Counted from the first letter of the stretch, positions 49,287 through 59,655 are shown. The stretch: DNA of 64,000 nt from an uncultured Pelagibacteraceae bacterium (GCA_902596925.1 CACJVT010000003.1:29903-93902); one strand, 5' to 3'. The notes: generated from the sequence alone by a model not told the origin. Made by a program: numbers and translations.

Positions 49287-49568
49287 ATTAATAATTAAAT
49301 ATAATTAATTGTAATGTTAGTATATTCTGTGAATAATGGTGATTAAATTTATTGAACATTTTATAAACAGTTTGTTAACATTTAGAATTTAAATTTTAAT
49401 AAATATATACGCAAAATTGAAGCTTATTAACTAAATACGCCAAGTGATTACTGGAGATTTTAACATGTTTAATTTTGTTAATAAAAGCATTGTTTTACAC
49501 CAAAAATTTTAAAAAATGGAAAATGTTCAATATGATAAAAATAGTACAAATTTATACACAAATTATAC
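49287..49568. other. Putative chromosomal replication origin (oriC)
   Basis: Largest intergenic gap in the window (282 bp), very AT-rich. Perfect DnaA boxes TGTGAATAA (49328-49336) and TTATACACA (49552-49560), one-mismatch boxes TTATAAACA (49361-49369) and TGTTAATAA (49476-49484). Lies between hemE and DUF299, the established alphaproteobacterial origin location. Confidence 0.85.
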
Positions 49569-50393
49569 ATGAGTAACTTATATCAAATTTATCTTATATC
49601 AGATGCAACTGGTGAAACTCTTGATCGTATTTTTATAGCCATCAAAGCTCAATTTAAAAATATAAATTATAAAATACACACTTATTCTTTTACCAGAACA
49701 GAAAATCAAATTATAAAAATTTTAGAAAGTGCAGAAAAAGAAAAAAACTCAATAATTCTATACTCCATTGTTGATAGTAATCTAGCAAAATATCTTGCAA
49801 AAAATAGTGACACAAAAAAAATTCCATGCTTTGGGGTGTTAGGTGATCTAATATTGAGTTTTTCAAAACTTTTAAATCAAAAAGCTTCACACCAACCAAG
49901 TGGACAATACGCTCTTGATGAAGAATATTATAAAAGGATCGAAGCAATTCAATTTACAATGAACCATGATGACGGCAATCTTGTAAAAGAAATAAAAGAA
50001 TCTGATATAATTTTGTTGGGGGTAAGCAGAACAAGTAAGACCCCAACCGCAATCTTTTTAGCTAACAAAGGGTTTAAAACATCCAATATACCTTTGATAA
50101 ATGAAAATTCTTTACCAGAAGCTTTAAAAGAAAACCCTAAAATCTCATGCATTATTGGATTAAATACTGAGCCAGAAAGGCTTGTAGAGATTAGGAAAAA
50201 TAGAATGAACTCTCTTAAGGAAAACAAAAATAAACTTTATACAGATCTAGAGCAAATCAAGAAAGAAGTAGATATGGCAAGAAATACTTTCAAAAAATAT
50301 AAATGGCCATTCATCGATGTCACACGAAAATCTGTAGAAGAAACTGCAGCTTCAGTAATTAAAATATACGAGATATATAAAGAAAATGCTTAA
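49569..50393 (+). CDS. ppsR: Pyruvate phosphate dikinase/PEP synthase regulatory protein (DUF299 kinase/pyrophosphorylase)
   Basis: LISDATGET, RIEAIQFTMNHDDG, GVSRTSKTP, IDVTRKSVEETA. Confidence 0.92.
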   Translation: MSNLYQIYLISDATGETLDRIFIAIKAQFKNINYKIHTYSFTRTENQIIKILESAEKEKNSIILYSIVDSNLAKYLAKNSDTKKIPCFGVLGDLILSFSKLLNQKASHQPSGQYALDEEYYKRIEAIQFTMNHDDGNLVKEIKESDIILLGVSRTSKTPTAIFLANKGFKTSNIPLINENSLPEALKENPKISCIIGLNTEPERLVEIRKNRMNSLKENKNKLYTDLEQIKKEVDMARNTFKKYKWPFIDVTRKSVEETAASVIKIYEIYKENA

Positions 50394-50970
50394 AATTATT
50401 CTAGCTTCCAAAAGCAAGGTTAGAAAAAAAATACTGGACGAAAATGATATTTTAAATGAAGTAAAACCATCAAATGTCGATGAAGATATTGTGAAATTAA
50501 GTTTATTAAAAGAAAAAGCTTCACCAGAAATCATATCAAAAAATTTAGCTGAATTAAAAGCTAACAAAGTAAGTAATAAATATGTTGATGATTTAGTTTT
50601 GGGTGCTGATAGTGTAATTGATTTAGAAGGAGAACTAATATCAAAACCCAACGATAGAAATGAAGCTTTAGATATTTTAAAAAAACTTAATGGTAAAAAA
50701 CATCATTTAATAAGCTCAGTATGTATCTCTAAAAATGGATCTATGGTATGGAACCATACTGATAAAGCATCACTGACAATGAAAAAAATGACAGAAGAAG
50801 AGCTAAAAAATTATTTAGTAAAAATTTCGGATGAGGCGTTATATGCTTATAATGTTTATCAAATAGAAGGCCAGGGAAGAGATTTATTCTCAAGTATTGA
50901 TGGTAACGAAAATACAATAATGGGACTTCCAATTGAAAAAATTAAAAAATATTTAGATAAATATAAATGA
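50386..50970 (+). CDS. maf: Maf-family nucleotide pyrophosphatase
   Basis: IILASKS..R, VDE, LAELKA, VLGADSV, GKL-like ISKP, IMGLP. Confidence 0.92.
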   Translation: MLKIILASKSKVRKKILDENDILNEVKPSNVDEDIVKLSLLKEKASPEIISKNLAELKANKVSNKYVDDLVLGADSVIDLEGELISKPNDRNEALDILKKLNGKKHHLISSVCISKNGSMVWNHTDKASLTMKKMTEEELKNYLVKISDEALYAYNVYQIEGQGRDLFSSIDGNENTIMGLPIEKIKKYLDKYK

Positions 50971-51761
50971 AAAAATATCTCGTAATTGGAAATCCGATCG
51001 AACACTCACTTTCACCTAAATTACACAATTATTGGTTTGAAAAAAATAATATTGATGCAAATTACGATAGAAGAAAAATAGATAAAAGCGAAATCGAAGA
51101 AACTATTAATGAAATAAAGAATAATAAATTAGATGGGATTAATGTTACTGTTCCTTTCAAAAGTGACGTTATTCCCTTTTTGGATACGCTAAGCAAAGAG
51201 TCCCAGATTACGCAATCTGTTAATACTATATACAAACAAGATCAAAAACTTATTGGTCACAACACTGATATAAAAGGTTTTGAATTGAGTTTAAAAGAAA
51301 TTCAATTTAATTTAGAAAATAAAACAATATTTATATTGGGAGCTGGCGGTGTAGTACCTTCTATAATTTATGCTTTAGAAAAATTAGGTGTCTCCAAAAT
51401 TATAGTAAGTAATAGAACCAAGCAAAAAACTGAAAAATTAAAAAAGTATTTTTCAAACATCAGAATCGCTGATTGGGGAGATCAACCTGAATTTGATATG
51501 ATTATTAACGCCACCAGTCTGGGCTTAAATAAAGAGGATAATATTAATTTAAACTTTAAAAATATAAATAAAGAGAAGTTATTTTACGATGTTATATACA
51601 ATCCAAAAGAAACCAACTTTTTAAAAACTGCTAAAAACTTAGGCTGTCAGGTTTCTAATGGTAAAATGATGTTTATCTATCAGGCTTTCGAGGCGTTTAT
51701 GTTATGGCACAAGGTAAAACCAGAAATTAATGAAGAATTAAAAAAATTTTTAGATTTATGA
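50967..51761 (+). CDS. aroE: Shikimate dehydrogenase
   Basis: GNPIEHSLSP, NVTVPFK, SVNT, GHNTD, GAGG, NATSLG, DVIYNP. Confidence 0.96.
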   Translation: MKKYLVIGNPIEHSLSPKLHNYWFEKNNIDANYDRRKIDKSEIEETINEIKNNKLDGINVTVPFKSDVIPFLDTLSKESQITQSVNTIYKQDQKLIGHNTDIKGFELSLKEIQFNLENKTIFILGAGGVVPSIIYALEKLGVSKIIVSNRTKQKTEKLKKYFSNIRIADWGDQPEFDMIINATSLGLNKEDNINLNFKNINKEKLFYDVIYNPKETNFLKTAKNLGCQVSNGKMMFIYQAFEAFMLWHKVKPEINEELKKFLDL

Positions 51762-52327
51762 AAAGAATAGGTATTTTAGGTGATATAGGTTCTGGTAAGA
51801 CCTACATAGCCAAATGTTTTGGCTTCCCTGTATTTAACGCTGATTTAGAAGTTGCAAAAATTTACAAAAATAACAGAAAAGTTTTTCAAAAATTAAAAAA
51901 AGAACTTCCAAGTTATTTCGATTCTTTTCCTGTAAAAAAAAAAGAAATTATTGATGCAATTTTATCTAATAAGAAAAATTTAAAAAAAATTATTAAAATT
52001 GTTCATTATGAAGTTAGAAAAAAAATGAACAATTTTCTAAGAAAAAACAAGCATAAAAAACTTGTTGTTTTAGATATTCCTCTTCTATTGGAGAATAAGA
52101 TTAATAAAAATAAAGATATATTAATTTTTGTTGAGTCTAAGAGATCAGAGATTTTAAAAAGACTAAAAAAACGAAAAAATTTTAATATGAAAATATTAAA
52201 TAGTTTTAAAAGGACACAACTGTCACTTGTTTTAAAAAAGAAAAAATCTCAATTTATAATTAAGAACAATTTTAAAAAAAATTCTGTTAAAGTTAGAGTA
52301 AAGGAAATTATAAAAAATTTGGAATGA
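51758..52327 (+). CDS. coaE: Dephospho-CoA kinase
   Basis: GILGDIGSGKT, VFNAD, IVH..V, LDIPLLLE. Sits between aroE and dnaQ. Confidence 0.9.
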   Translation: MKRIGILGDIGSGKTYIAKCFGFPVFNADLEVAKIYKNNRKVFQKLKKELPSYFDSFPVKKKEIIDAILSNKKNLKKIIKIVHYEVRKKMNNFLRKNKHKKLVVLDIPLLLENKINKNKDILIFVESKRSEILKRLKKRKNFNMKILNSFKRTQLSLVLKKKKSQFIIKNNFKKNSVKVRVKEIIKNLE

Positions 52328-52986
52328 AAGAAATTGTTCTAGACACAGAAACAACTGGTATTTCAGTCAAAGAGGGGCATAGAATTGTAGAAATTGGGTG
52401 TATTGAGTTAGACAATTTAATACCAACAAAAAAAAAATTTCATTGTTATCTGAATCCTGAAAGAAAAGTATCCGAAAAAGCTTTTGAGGTGCATGGATAT
52501 TCAGATAGTTTTTTATCTGACAAAATGAAATTCAGAGAAATAGCTGATGATTTTTTAAAATTTATAAAAAACAAAAGATTAATAATTCATAACGCTGAAT
52601 TTGATTTATCTCATATAAATAATGAACTTCGAATTATTGGAAAAAATAAAATTGATAATGAAGTCGTAGACACAGTCTCATTAGCTAGAAATAAATTCCC
52701 AGGTTCTCAAATAAGCTTGGATGCCTTATGTAAGAGATACAGGATAGACAATTCTAAAAGGGTCCAACATACCGCTCTGATTGACTGCGATTTACTCGCT
52801 AAGGTTTATATAAATTTGATTGACCAAAAAGAACCAACTTTAGACTTTAAAAATGTGGATGAAGATATTTCAAAATTAAATACTGAAAAAGTTATTTATT
52901 CTACTAAGATTGTTAAACCATCCCAAGAGGAGCTTCAAAATCATCAAACTTATTTAAAGACTTCTCTTAAAAAAAACTATTTCTAA
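52324..52986 (+). CDS. dnaQ: DNA polymerase III epsilon subunit
   Basis: DEDDh exonuclease motifs LDTETTG, HNAEFD, LDALC, HTALIDC. Confidence 0.97.
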   Translation: MKEIVLDTETTGISVKEGHRIVEIGCIELDNLIPTKKKFHCYLNPERKVSEKAFEVHGYSDSFLSDKMKFREIADDFLKFIKNKRLIIHNAEFDLSHINNELRIIGKNKIDNEVVDTVSLARNKFPGSQISLDALCKRYRIDNSKRVQHTALIDCDLLAKVYINLIDQKEPTLDFKNVDEDISKLNTEKVIYSTKIVKPSQEELQNHQTYLKTSLKKNYF

Positions 52987-53405
52987 TTAAATCTTTCTAA
53001 ATAAAGTTTTGTAAAATCAATTTTTTTTTCTAGTTTAATGTTAGGAAATCCAGAATTATGCATCATATCTGTAAATGACTTTTCTATATCTGGTACAACT
53101 GAATTAGGCACATCACATAGTACAATTTTTTCTAAATCTTTTTTTTCTTCTATAGACTCATCAATTTTTACTGCAACTGCATAAATAATTTCAAAATGAG
53201 ATTTTTTTACTTGAGCGTCTTTGTGTTGAAATTTTAAAGTTATATTTACTTCGATCATTTTATTTTTTAGAGCTATTGATTTGATATCAATATCTAATTG
53301 ATATTTATCCATATTATTCCCTGCAGAAATATAAGTTTCCACATCAGATGTCTCACTAGACATATCTTTAATATATTTTGCTAAAATTTTAAATTTTTCT
53401 GTCAT
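52983..53405 (-). CDS. secB: Protein-export chaperone SecB-like
   Basis: KYIKDMSSE (QYIKDLSFE-like), GFP..L..IDF..LY C-terminus. Conserved position after fxsA. Confidence 0.82.
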   Translation of the reverse strand: MTEKFKILAKYIKDMSSETSDVETYISAGNNMDKYQLDIDIKSIALKNKMIEVNITLKFQHKDAQVKKSHFEIIYAVAVKIDESIEEKKDLEKIVLCDVPNSVVPDIEKSFTDMMHNSGFPNIKLEKKIDFTKLYLERFN

Positions 53406-53814
53406 TATCATCCTCTATATCCTCAAACTCTCCCTCGATAAAATCTTTCTTTTTCATCTCTTTATTTTCAAATTTTTTGTTTAATTTACCCAATATTAAT
53501 TTTCGTGTTACTGGAATGATTAATAAGAAGCCAATCAAATCAGTTGCAAATCCTGGTATGATTAACAGAACAGCTGCGAATGCTATTGCAGCACCAGAAA
53601 TTAACTCGCGGGCTGGAATTTGATTTTTAATTATTTGCGTCATACCAGATCTGATAGTGTTGATACCCTCGTATCTGGCATAGTACACGCCTACAACCGC
53701 AGTAAAAAATACTAGAAATATAGTGCTAAATGCACCTAATTGAGATCCTATCTTTATAAAAAGGTAAATCTCTACAATCGGGATTAAAATAACAGCTAAA
53801 AGTACTGTGTTCAT
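53389..53814 (-). CDS. fxsA: FxsA-family inner membrane protein
   Basis: IPIVEIYLFIKIG, LLIIPGFATDLIG, IEGEF tail. Confidence 0.92.
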   Translation of the reverse strand: MNTVLLAVILIPIVEIYLFIKIGSQLGAFSTIFLVFFTAVVGVYYARYEGINTIRSGMTQIIKNQIPARELISGAAIAFAAVLLIIPGFATDLIGFLLIIPVTRKLILGKLNKKFENKEMKKKDFIEGEFEDIEDDNDRKI

Positions 53815-53871
53815 TTGTCTTTAATGTAATTGTTAGTTGAAATTAATCAACATAGTAATTAAATTTAAATT

Positions 53872-54468
53872 ATGAATTATAGTTTTGAATATATTGACAT
53901 CATTTTATTGGCAATGATTGCTGGTTTCATTTTTTTAAGACTTAGAGGTATTCTCGGTAAAAGAACTGGGTTTGAGGGAAAAGCCTCACCTCAGTTTGAG
54001 GAAATTTTAAAAAATGTAAATCCTGAAACTAAGATTAACAAAAAAAAGGACTTTGATGAAAGTGCAAAAAAAGATTTCTTAAAGGGCGCCAAGATAGCAT
54101 ACGAAACTATTATTACAGACTTTGGTGACAGTGACAATAAGCTAACCACAAGTAAGCCTTTATTAAGTAACAAAATTTATGATCAATTTAATACAGCTCT
54201 TAAAGAAAGAGGAAAAAGGGGTCATCTTGCTGAAATTACTTTTATAGGAATAAATTCTGCAAACATTAAAGAACATAAGTACCTAGGAAAAATTTTACAG
54301 GTAACTGTAGAATTTGTAGGGGAAGTAATAACTTGTATTAGGGATAAAGATAAAAAGATAGTTTCTGGAGACCCAGAAAAAATTAAGAAGATTTATGATA
54401 CCTGGGTATTTTCAAGAGATACAAGTACTAATAATCCAAATTGGCAGTTAGTAGACACCCTTTCTTAA
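53872..54468 (+). CDS. Tim44/TimA-family adaptor protein
   Basis: IILLAMIAGFIFLRLRGILGKRTG, FLKGAKIAYE, DTWVFSRD...PNWQL. Confidence 0.9.
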   Translation: MNYSFEYIDIILLAMIAGFIFLRLRGILGKRTGFEGKASPQFEEILKNVNPETKINKKKDFDESAKKDFLKGAKIAYETIITDFGDSDNKLTTSKPLLSNKIYDQFNTALKERGKRGHLAEITFIGINSANIKEHKYLGKILQVTVEFVGEVITCIRDKDKKIVSGDPEKIKKIYDTWVFSRDTSTNNPNWQLVDTLS

Positions 54469-54882
54469 TTGAACAATAATATTTCAGATAAAGACAAAAA
54501 AGATTGGAAAGAATTTCTAGAAAAGAAAGAAAGATTACCAAATAAAGATTTAGAAAAAAAAGAGAGTAAATTTCATATTACTAAATCATTAGATCTTCAT
54601 GGTTACACACTTGATGAAGCAAACAAAAAAGTTGAAAGTTTTATAACTGATTGTTTTAATCAAAAGGTCTCTAAAGTTATAATAGTTACCGGTAAAGGAC
54701 TGCATTCTCAAAATGATAAAGACCCATACATTTCAAAGAAATTTGGTATTTTAAAAAATTCTGTTCCTGATTTTATTAAAAATAATTCTAACTTAATGAA
54801 AAAAATAAAAACTATTACCGATGCCGAAATTGAAGATGGCGGTAGTGGAGCTTTTTATATTTTTTTGAAAAAAAAATTATAA
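54469..54882 (+). CDS. Stand-alone Smr/MutS2-domain protein (TTG start)
   Basis: [26 protein letters not shown]. Confidence 0.9.
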   Translation: MNNNISDKDKKDWKEFLEKKERLPNKDLEKKESKFHITKSLDLHGYTLDEANKKVESFITDCFNQKVSKVIIVTGKGLHSQNDKDPYISKKFGILKNSVPDFIKNNSNLMKKIKTITDAEIEDGGSGAFYIFLKKKL

Positions 54883-56250
54883 AATAAATTTTGATAGATC
54901 TGTATCTTTGACAAGATTATCAAGATTTTTGTTTATATATTCTTTATTTATTGAGATTTTTTCACCAGATCTGTCAGTTGCGGTGAAACTAATTTCATCA
55001 AGGATTTTTTCTATTATTGTGTGTAATCTTCTAGCACCTATATTCTCAACAGTTGCATTTACCTCAGAAGCAATATTAGCAATTGCATCAATTCCATCTT
55101 CAGTAAACTTAAGCTCAACATTTTCAGTTTTTAACAAAGCCACATACTGTTTGATTAAACTAAAATCAGGTTCTTTAAGAATTCTTTTAAAATCCTCACT
55201 TGATAAAGCCTCTAGCTCAACTCTGATTGGTAATCTCCCTTGTAACTCGGGGAGTAAATCAGAAGGTTTGGCTAATTGGAAAGCACCAGATGCAATAAAT
55301 AATATATGATCAGTTTTTATAGGTCCATATTTTGTATTAACTGTTGTTCCTTCAATTAAAGGTAATAAATCTCTCTGTACACCTTCTCTTGATACATCTC
55401 CACCAACTCTATCTGTTCTTCCAGAAATTTTGTCTATTTCATCTAAGAAAACTATACCATTGTTTTCTGTAGAGATTTTTGCTGCTTTAATTATTTTATC
55501 TTGTTCAATTAATTTGTCAGACTCATCATTTATCAAAATTTCGTGAGATTCTTTCACTGTCATTTTTTTCTTTTTTTCCTGCTTACCCATTGACTTTCCA
55601 AGCATCTCTCCAATATTAATCATTCCTACATTAGCACCAGGCATTCCAGGAATTTCAAATGATGTACTATTACCACCACTTTCGCTGACAGCTATTTCTA
55701 TCTCGTTATTATCTAGATCACCATCTCTAAGTCTTTTTCTAAAGCTTTCTCTTGTAGCCGTACTTGCTTTTTTACCAACTAAAGCATCTAATACTTTCTC
55801 TTCAGCTAGTTTCTGAGCTTTTGCATAGACCTCTTTTCTTTTTTTAACCTTTTCCATTGAAATTGCTATTTCAATTAAATCTCTGACAATTTGTTCTACA
55901 TCTCTTCCAACATAACCTACCTCAGTAAATCTAGTTGCTTCAACTTTTACAAAAGGAGCTTCTGCTAATTTAGACAGTCTTCTTGAAATTTCTGTTTTTC
56001 CAACACCCGTTGGCCCAATCATTAAAATATTTTTTGGCAAAACTTCATTTCTCATTTCACCTTTTAAAGCTTGTCTTCTCCATCTGTTTCTTAAGGCAAC
56101 AGCAACTGCTCTTTTAGCTTTATTTTGACCTACAACAAACCTATCTAATTCAGAAACAATTTCTCTTGGTGACAAGGAGCTTACCAACGAAGCTTCTTCT
56201 TTTTGCTGATCACCTTTAGGATGCAATTGAGTTACGTTTGATTTATCCAT
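54877..56250 (-). CDS. hslU: ATP-dependent protease ATPase subunit HslU
   Basis: [53 protein letters not shown]. Confidence 0.99.
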   Translation of the reverse strand: MDKSNVTQLHPKGDQQKEEASLVSSLSPREIVSELDRFVVGQNKAKRAVAVALRNRWRRQALKGEMRNEVLPKNILMIGPTGVGKTEISRRLSKLAEAPFVKVEATRFTEVGYVGRDVEQIVRDLIEIAISMEKVKKRKEVYAKAQKLAEEKVLDALVGKKASTATRESFRKRLRDGDLDNNEIEIAVSESGGNSTSFEIPGMPGANVGMINIGEMLGKSMGKQEKKKKMTVKESHEILINDESDKLIEQDKIIKAAKISTENNGIVFLDEIDKISGRTDRVGGDVSREGVQRDLLPLIEGTTVNTKYGPIKTDHILFIASGAFQLAKPSDLLPELQGRLPIRVELEALSSEDFKRILKEPDFSLIKQYVALLKTENVELKFTEDGIDAIANIASEVNATVENIGARRLHTIIEKILDEISFTATDRSGEKISINKEYINKNLDNLVKDTDLSKFIL

Positions 56251-56765
56251 TATATTTTTTCAACTTTGACATTTTCATTAGTAAATACACAGATATCAGC
56301 TGCAACTTTTATAGCTTTTTTAGCAACTTCTTCTGCTGAAATATTACTTTCCATTAAGACTTTTCCTGCAGCTAAAGCATAATTACCACCAGAGCCAATA
56401 CCAATAACGTCTCCTTCAGGTTCTAGAACATCACCAGTGCCTGAAATTATATAACTATTGTTTTTGTCACCGACTGCCATAAGCGCTTCCAATCTTCTAA
56501 GATATTTATCTGTTCTCCAATCTTTAGCTAACTCAACAGCAGCTCTAGACAAGTTACCAGCATGTTTTTCTAATTTTCCCTCTAATCTTTCAAATAAAGT
56601 TAATGCATCAGCTGTTGATCCAGCAAAACCAGCTACGACATCTCTTTTTTCAATTTTTCTTACTTTTGAGGCAGTGCTCTTTACGACAGTATTGCCCATG
56701 CTTACTTGGCCGTCACCAGCTACCACCACTTCGTTGTTTTTTCTAACTAACACAATCGTTGTCAT
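56250..56765 (-). CDS. hslV: ATP-dependent protease peptidase subunit HslV
   Basis: N-terminal MTTI (catalytic Thr), [20 protein letters not shown]. Confidence 0.99.
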   Translation of the reverse strand: MTTIVLVRKNNEVVVAGDGQVSMGNTVVKSTASKVRKIEKRDVVAGFAGSTADALTLFERLEGKLEKHAGNLSRAAVELAKDWRTDKYLRRLEALMAVGDKNNSYIISGTGDVLEPEGDVIGIGSGGNYALAAGKVLMESNISAEEVAKKAIKVAADICVFTNENVKVEKI

Positions 56766-56772
56766 AGCTTAT

Positions 56773-56800
56773 AAATGGATACTAAATTTAATACTTCAAG
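56773..56800 (-). promoter_or_regulatory. RpoH (sigma32)-type promoter of hslVU
   Basis: CTTGAA-N14-ATCCATTT, ending 7 nt before the hslV ATG. Confidence 0.7.
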
Positions 56801-56856
56801 CCCAGGTTTAGTATTATTGCCATAATTGAATAATATATGTATACCTGTTTTTAATT

Positions 56857-57447
56857 ATGAAGCGTAAAGGCAAAATAAGCAGGAAAACAAAAGAAACAAG
56901 CATTAGCGTTGATTTAAATATTGACGGTAAAGGTAAATACAAAATTGACACAGGAATAGGTTTTTTAAACCACATGCTTGAACAACTATCTAAGCATTCT
57001 TCAATAGATATGAATATAAAAGCTAAAGGAGATACTCATATTGATCTACACCACACAACTGAAGATACAGGAATTGCTATTGGTGAAGCTTTAAAAAAAG
57101 CTTTGAAAAAATCTGTTGGAATTAGAAGATATGCTCATGCGATGATCCCAATGGATGAAACTCTATCACGTGTTGCAATAGATATTTCAAATAGACCTTA
57201 TTTAATTTGGAAGGTTAATTTAAAGGTCGAAAAACTTGGCGAGATGGATACAGAACTTTTTAAAGAATGGTTTCAAGCATTTTCTCAAGCTGCTGGAATT
57301 ACTCTACACGTTGAAAATATTTATGGTGATAATAGTCACCACATTATCGAGTCTTGCTATAAAGGATTAGCAAGGTCTTTAAGAACTGCATTGGAAATAG
57401 ATCCGAGGAATAAAAAAACAATTCCTTCTACAAAAGGTTCTTTATAA
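56857..57447 (+). CDS. hisB: Imidazoleglycerol-phosphate dehydratase
   Basis: [38 protein letters not shown]. Confidence 0.98.
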   Translation: MKRKGKISRKTKETSISVDLNIDGKGKYKIDTGIGFLNHMLEQLSKHSSIDMNIKAKGDTHIDLHHTTEDTGIAIGEALKKALKKSVGIRRYAHAMIPMDETLSRVAIDISNRPYLIWKVNLKVEKLGEMDTELFKEWFQAFSQAAGITLHVENIYGDNSHHIIESCYKGLARSLRTALEIDPRNKKTIPSTKGSL

Positions 57448-57452
57448 GTTTA

Positions 57453-58079
57453 ATGAATGTCACAATTGTTGATTATAAATCGGGCAATATAAGCTCGGTA
57501 ATAAACTCTTTTAAAGAAGTTGCAAAAGATAAAGTAACTATTGAGGTTACCTCAGATTTAAATAAGATAAAATCGAGTGATAAAGTAGTTTTACCAGGGC
57601 AGGGCTCATTTAAAAGTTGCGTGGATGCCTTGAATAAAATTAAAGGTCTCACGGATACTTTAAATGAATTTACAATAAATTATAAAAAACCTTTACTTGG
57701 AATTTGTGTTGGTTTGCAGATGTTTGCTGATGTTGGCTATGAAGAAACCGAAACTAAGGGCTTAGGATGGATTTCAGGTAAAGTTTCAAAAATAGATAAT
57801 CAGAACGGTAAGTATAAACTTCCTCATATCGGTTGGAATCAAATCAATATTGTCAAAGATAGTAAAATTTTTAAAGATATAGAAAATAATTCTCATATGT
57901 ATTTTGTTCATAGTTATGAATTGGTTCCAAATGATAAAAAAGTAATTTCAGCAACGACAGATTATTCATCAAATATTGTTTGCTCTGTTGAAAAAGAAAA
58001 TATTTTTGGAACCCAATTTCACCCTGAAAAAAGTGATAAATTAGGATTAAAAATGATAGATAATTTTTTAAGATTATAA
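57453..58079 (+). CDS. hisH: Imidazole glycerol phosphate synthase, glutaminase subunit
   Basis: LPGQGSF, LGICVG.Q, PHIGWN, YFVHSY, QFHPEKS. Confidence 0.98.
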   Translation: MNVTIVDYKSGNISSVINSFKEVAKDKVTIEVTSDLNKIKSSDKVVLPGQGSFKSCVDALNKIKGLTDTLNEFTINYKKPLLGICVGLQMFADVGYEETETKGLGWISGKVSKIDNQNGKYKLPHIGWNQINIVKDSKIFKDIENNSHMYFVHSYELVPNDKKVISATTDYSSNIVCSVEKENIFGTQFHPEKSDKLGLKMIDNFLRL

Positions 58080-58080
58080 A

Positions 58081-58935
58081 ATGAGAAATATAGATCTAAG
58101 TTCCTTTGTGGGAAGGAGTGTAAATGATTTACTTAAAAAAGGAGATCAACTTTTTAACGATAATCTTGAAGGTAAAATTCATGCTCACAAAATTTACTCA
58201 GAATTATTAGAACAAGTGCCAAATATTTATGCAAACACGAATGAACATGCATTTAGAGGTGCGATAAGACAAAAAATCTGGAATTGTGAAAAATCTTTCT
58301 TTTGGAATGAAAAATATACGTCTCAAGCAGGACAAGATAAGATAATCAAAAAAAAATTTTTTGATGGAAAAAAAAATGGATTTTTTATTGAGATAGGTGC
58401 TTACGATGGAATTATTGGAAGTAATTGTTATCATTTTGAGAGATTTTTAAATTGGGATGGAATTGCTATTGAGCCCTCAAATGTTCAATTTGAGAAGTTA
58501 AAAAGAAATAGGAAGTGCAAAGTTCTTAATAATGCAATTAGCGATGAAGTAAAAGAAGTTGAATTTATAGAGGTCACTGAGGGTCTTACTCAAATGAGTG
58601 GTATTAATGACAGTTTTTTTAAAAGAAATATTAACATTATTTCAAACAATCAACCCAGTAAAACTAAATCCATAAGTCTCAAAACTATTACCTTTGATGA
58701 AATAGTACCTAAAAATAGAGATATAGATTATCTATCTATAGATATAGAGGGAGGAGAGATGAATCTTTTAAAATCAATAGATTTTAAAATTAACAATATC
58801 AAAGTAGTTTCTGTAGAAAATAATGTACCTAAAGAACAAAATTTTAAAAATTTTTTTGAAAAAATAAATTTTAAATATCTTGATAGAATTGGGCAAGATG
58901 AAATATTTTATAATAATGAATATTTTAAATTTTAA
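58081..58935 (+). CDS. FkbM-family (Methyltransf_21) SAM-dependent methyltransferase with N-terminal extension
   Basis: YTSQAGQD, FFIEIGAYDG..GSN, GIAIEP, IDYLSIDIEGGE, VSVENN. Confidence 0.88.
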   Translation: MRNIDLSSFVGRSVNDLLKKGDQLFNDNLEGKIHAHKIYSELLEQVPNIYANTNEHAFRGAIRQKIWNCEKSFFWNEKYTSQAGQDKIIKKKFFDGKKNGFFIEIGAYDGIIGSNCYHFERFLNWDGIAIEPSNVQFEKLKRNRKCKVLNNAISDEVKEVEFIEVTEGLTQMSGINDSFFKRNINIISNNQPSKTKSISLKTITFDEIVPKNRDIDYLSIDIEGGEMNLLKSIDFKINNIKVVSVENNVPKEQNFKNFFEKINFKYLDRIGQDEIFYNNEYFKF

Positions 58936-58938
58936 TAA

Positions 58939-59655
58939 ATGAAAATTTTTCCAGCAATAGATATAAAAGATAAAAAATGTGTAAGACTAGTTAAGGGAGA
59001 TTTTGATAATAAAACTGAGTATGAAATTTCTCCGGTGGATCAAGCAGCCAGATATAAAGATCATGGTTTTAAAAATATACACATTGTTGATTTAGACGGG
59101 GCCTTAATTGGTGAAACAGTAAATATAGACATCATTCAGGATATAGTTAGAAAATTTGATCTAAAAGTTGAAATAGGTGGTGGTATTAGAAATTCTGATA
59201 GTATTAAAAAATATATCGATGTTGGTGTTGAGAAAGTAATTCTAGGGAGTGCTGCCATTAGAGACAAAAACTTTTTAAAAGAGTCGTGCGAAAAGTTTCC
59301 AAGTAAAATCGCTCTAGGTTTGGATGCTAAAGATGGCTATTTGTCAGTATCTGGTTGGAAAGAAAATTCTAATCGATTGACTTTAGATTTTCTAAAAGAA
59401 GTTAATCATTATGGTGTTAGTAGGCTGATTTATACAGATATAAATCGAGACGGTATGAAACAAAGTCCAAATTTTGAAGAGACATCAAAAATTGCAGATA
59501 AATCAAATTGTCCGGTGATTATATCTGGTGGAGTCTCTTCAATAGACGATATTAAAAAAGCCAAGAATTTAAAAAATGTTGAGGGTATAATAGTTGGTAA
59601 AGCTATTTATGACGGAGATATAAAATTAAAAGAACTGGTGAAAGAAGATGCTTAA
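58939..59655 (+). CDS. hisA: 1-(5-phosphoribosyl)-5-[(5-phosphoribosylamino)methylideneamino]imidazole-4-carboxamide isomerase
   Basis: [40 protein letters not shown]. Confidence 0.98.
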   Translation: MKIFPAIDIKDKKCVRLVKGDFDNKTEYEISPVDQAARYKDHGFKNIHIVDLDGALIGETVNIDIIQDIVRKFDLKVEIGGGIRNSDSIKKYIDVGVEKVILGSAAIRDKNFLKESCEKFPSKIALGLDAKDGYLSVSGWKENSNRLTLDFLKEVNHYGVSRLIYTDINRDGMKQSPNFEETSKIADKSNCPVIISGGVSSIDDIKKAKNLKNVEGIIVGKAIYDGDIKLKELVKEDA

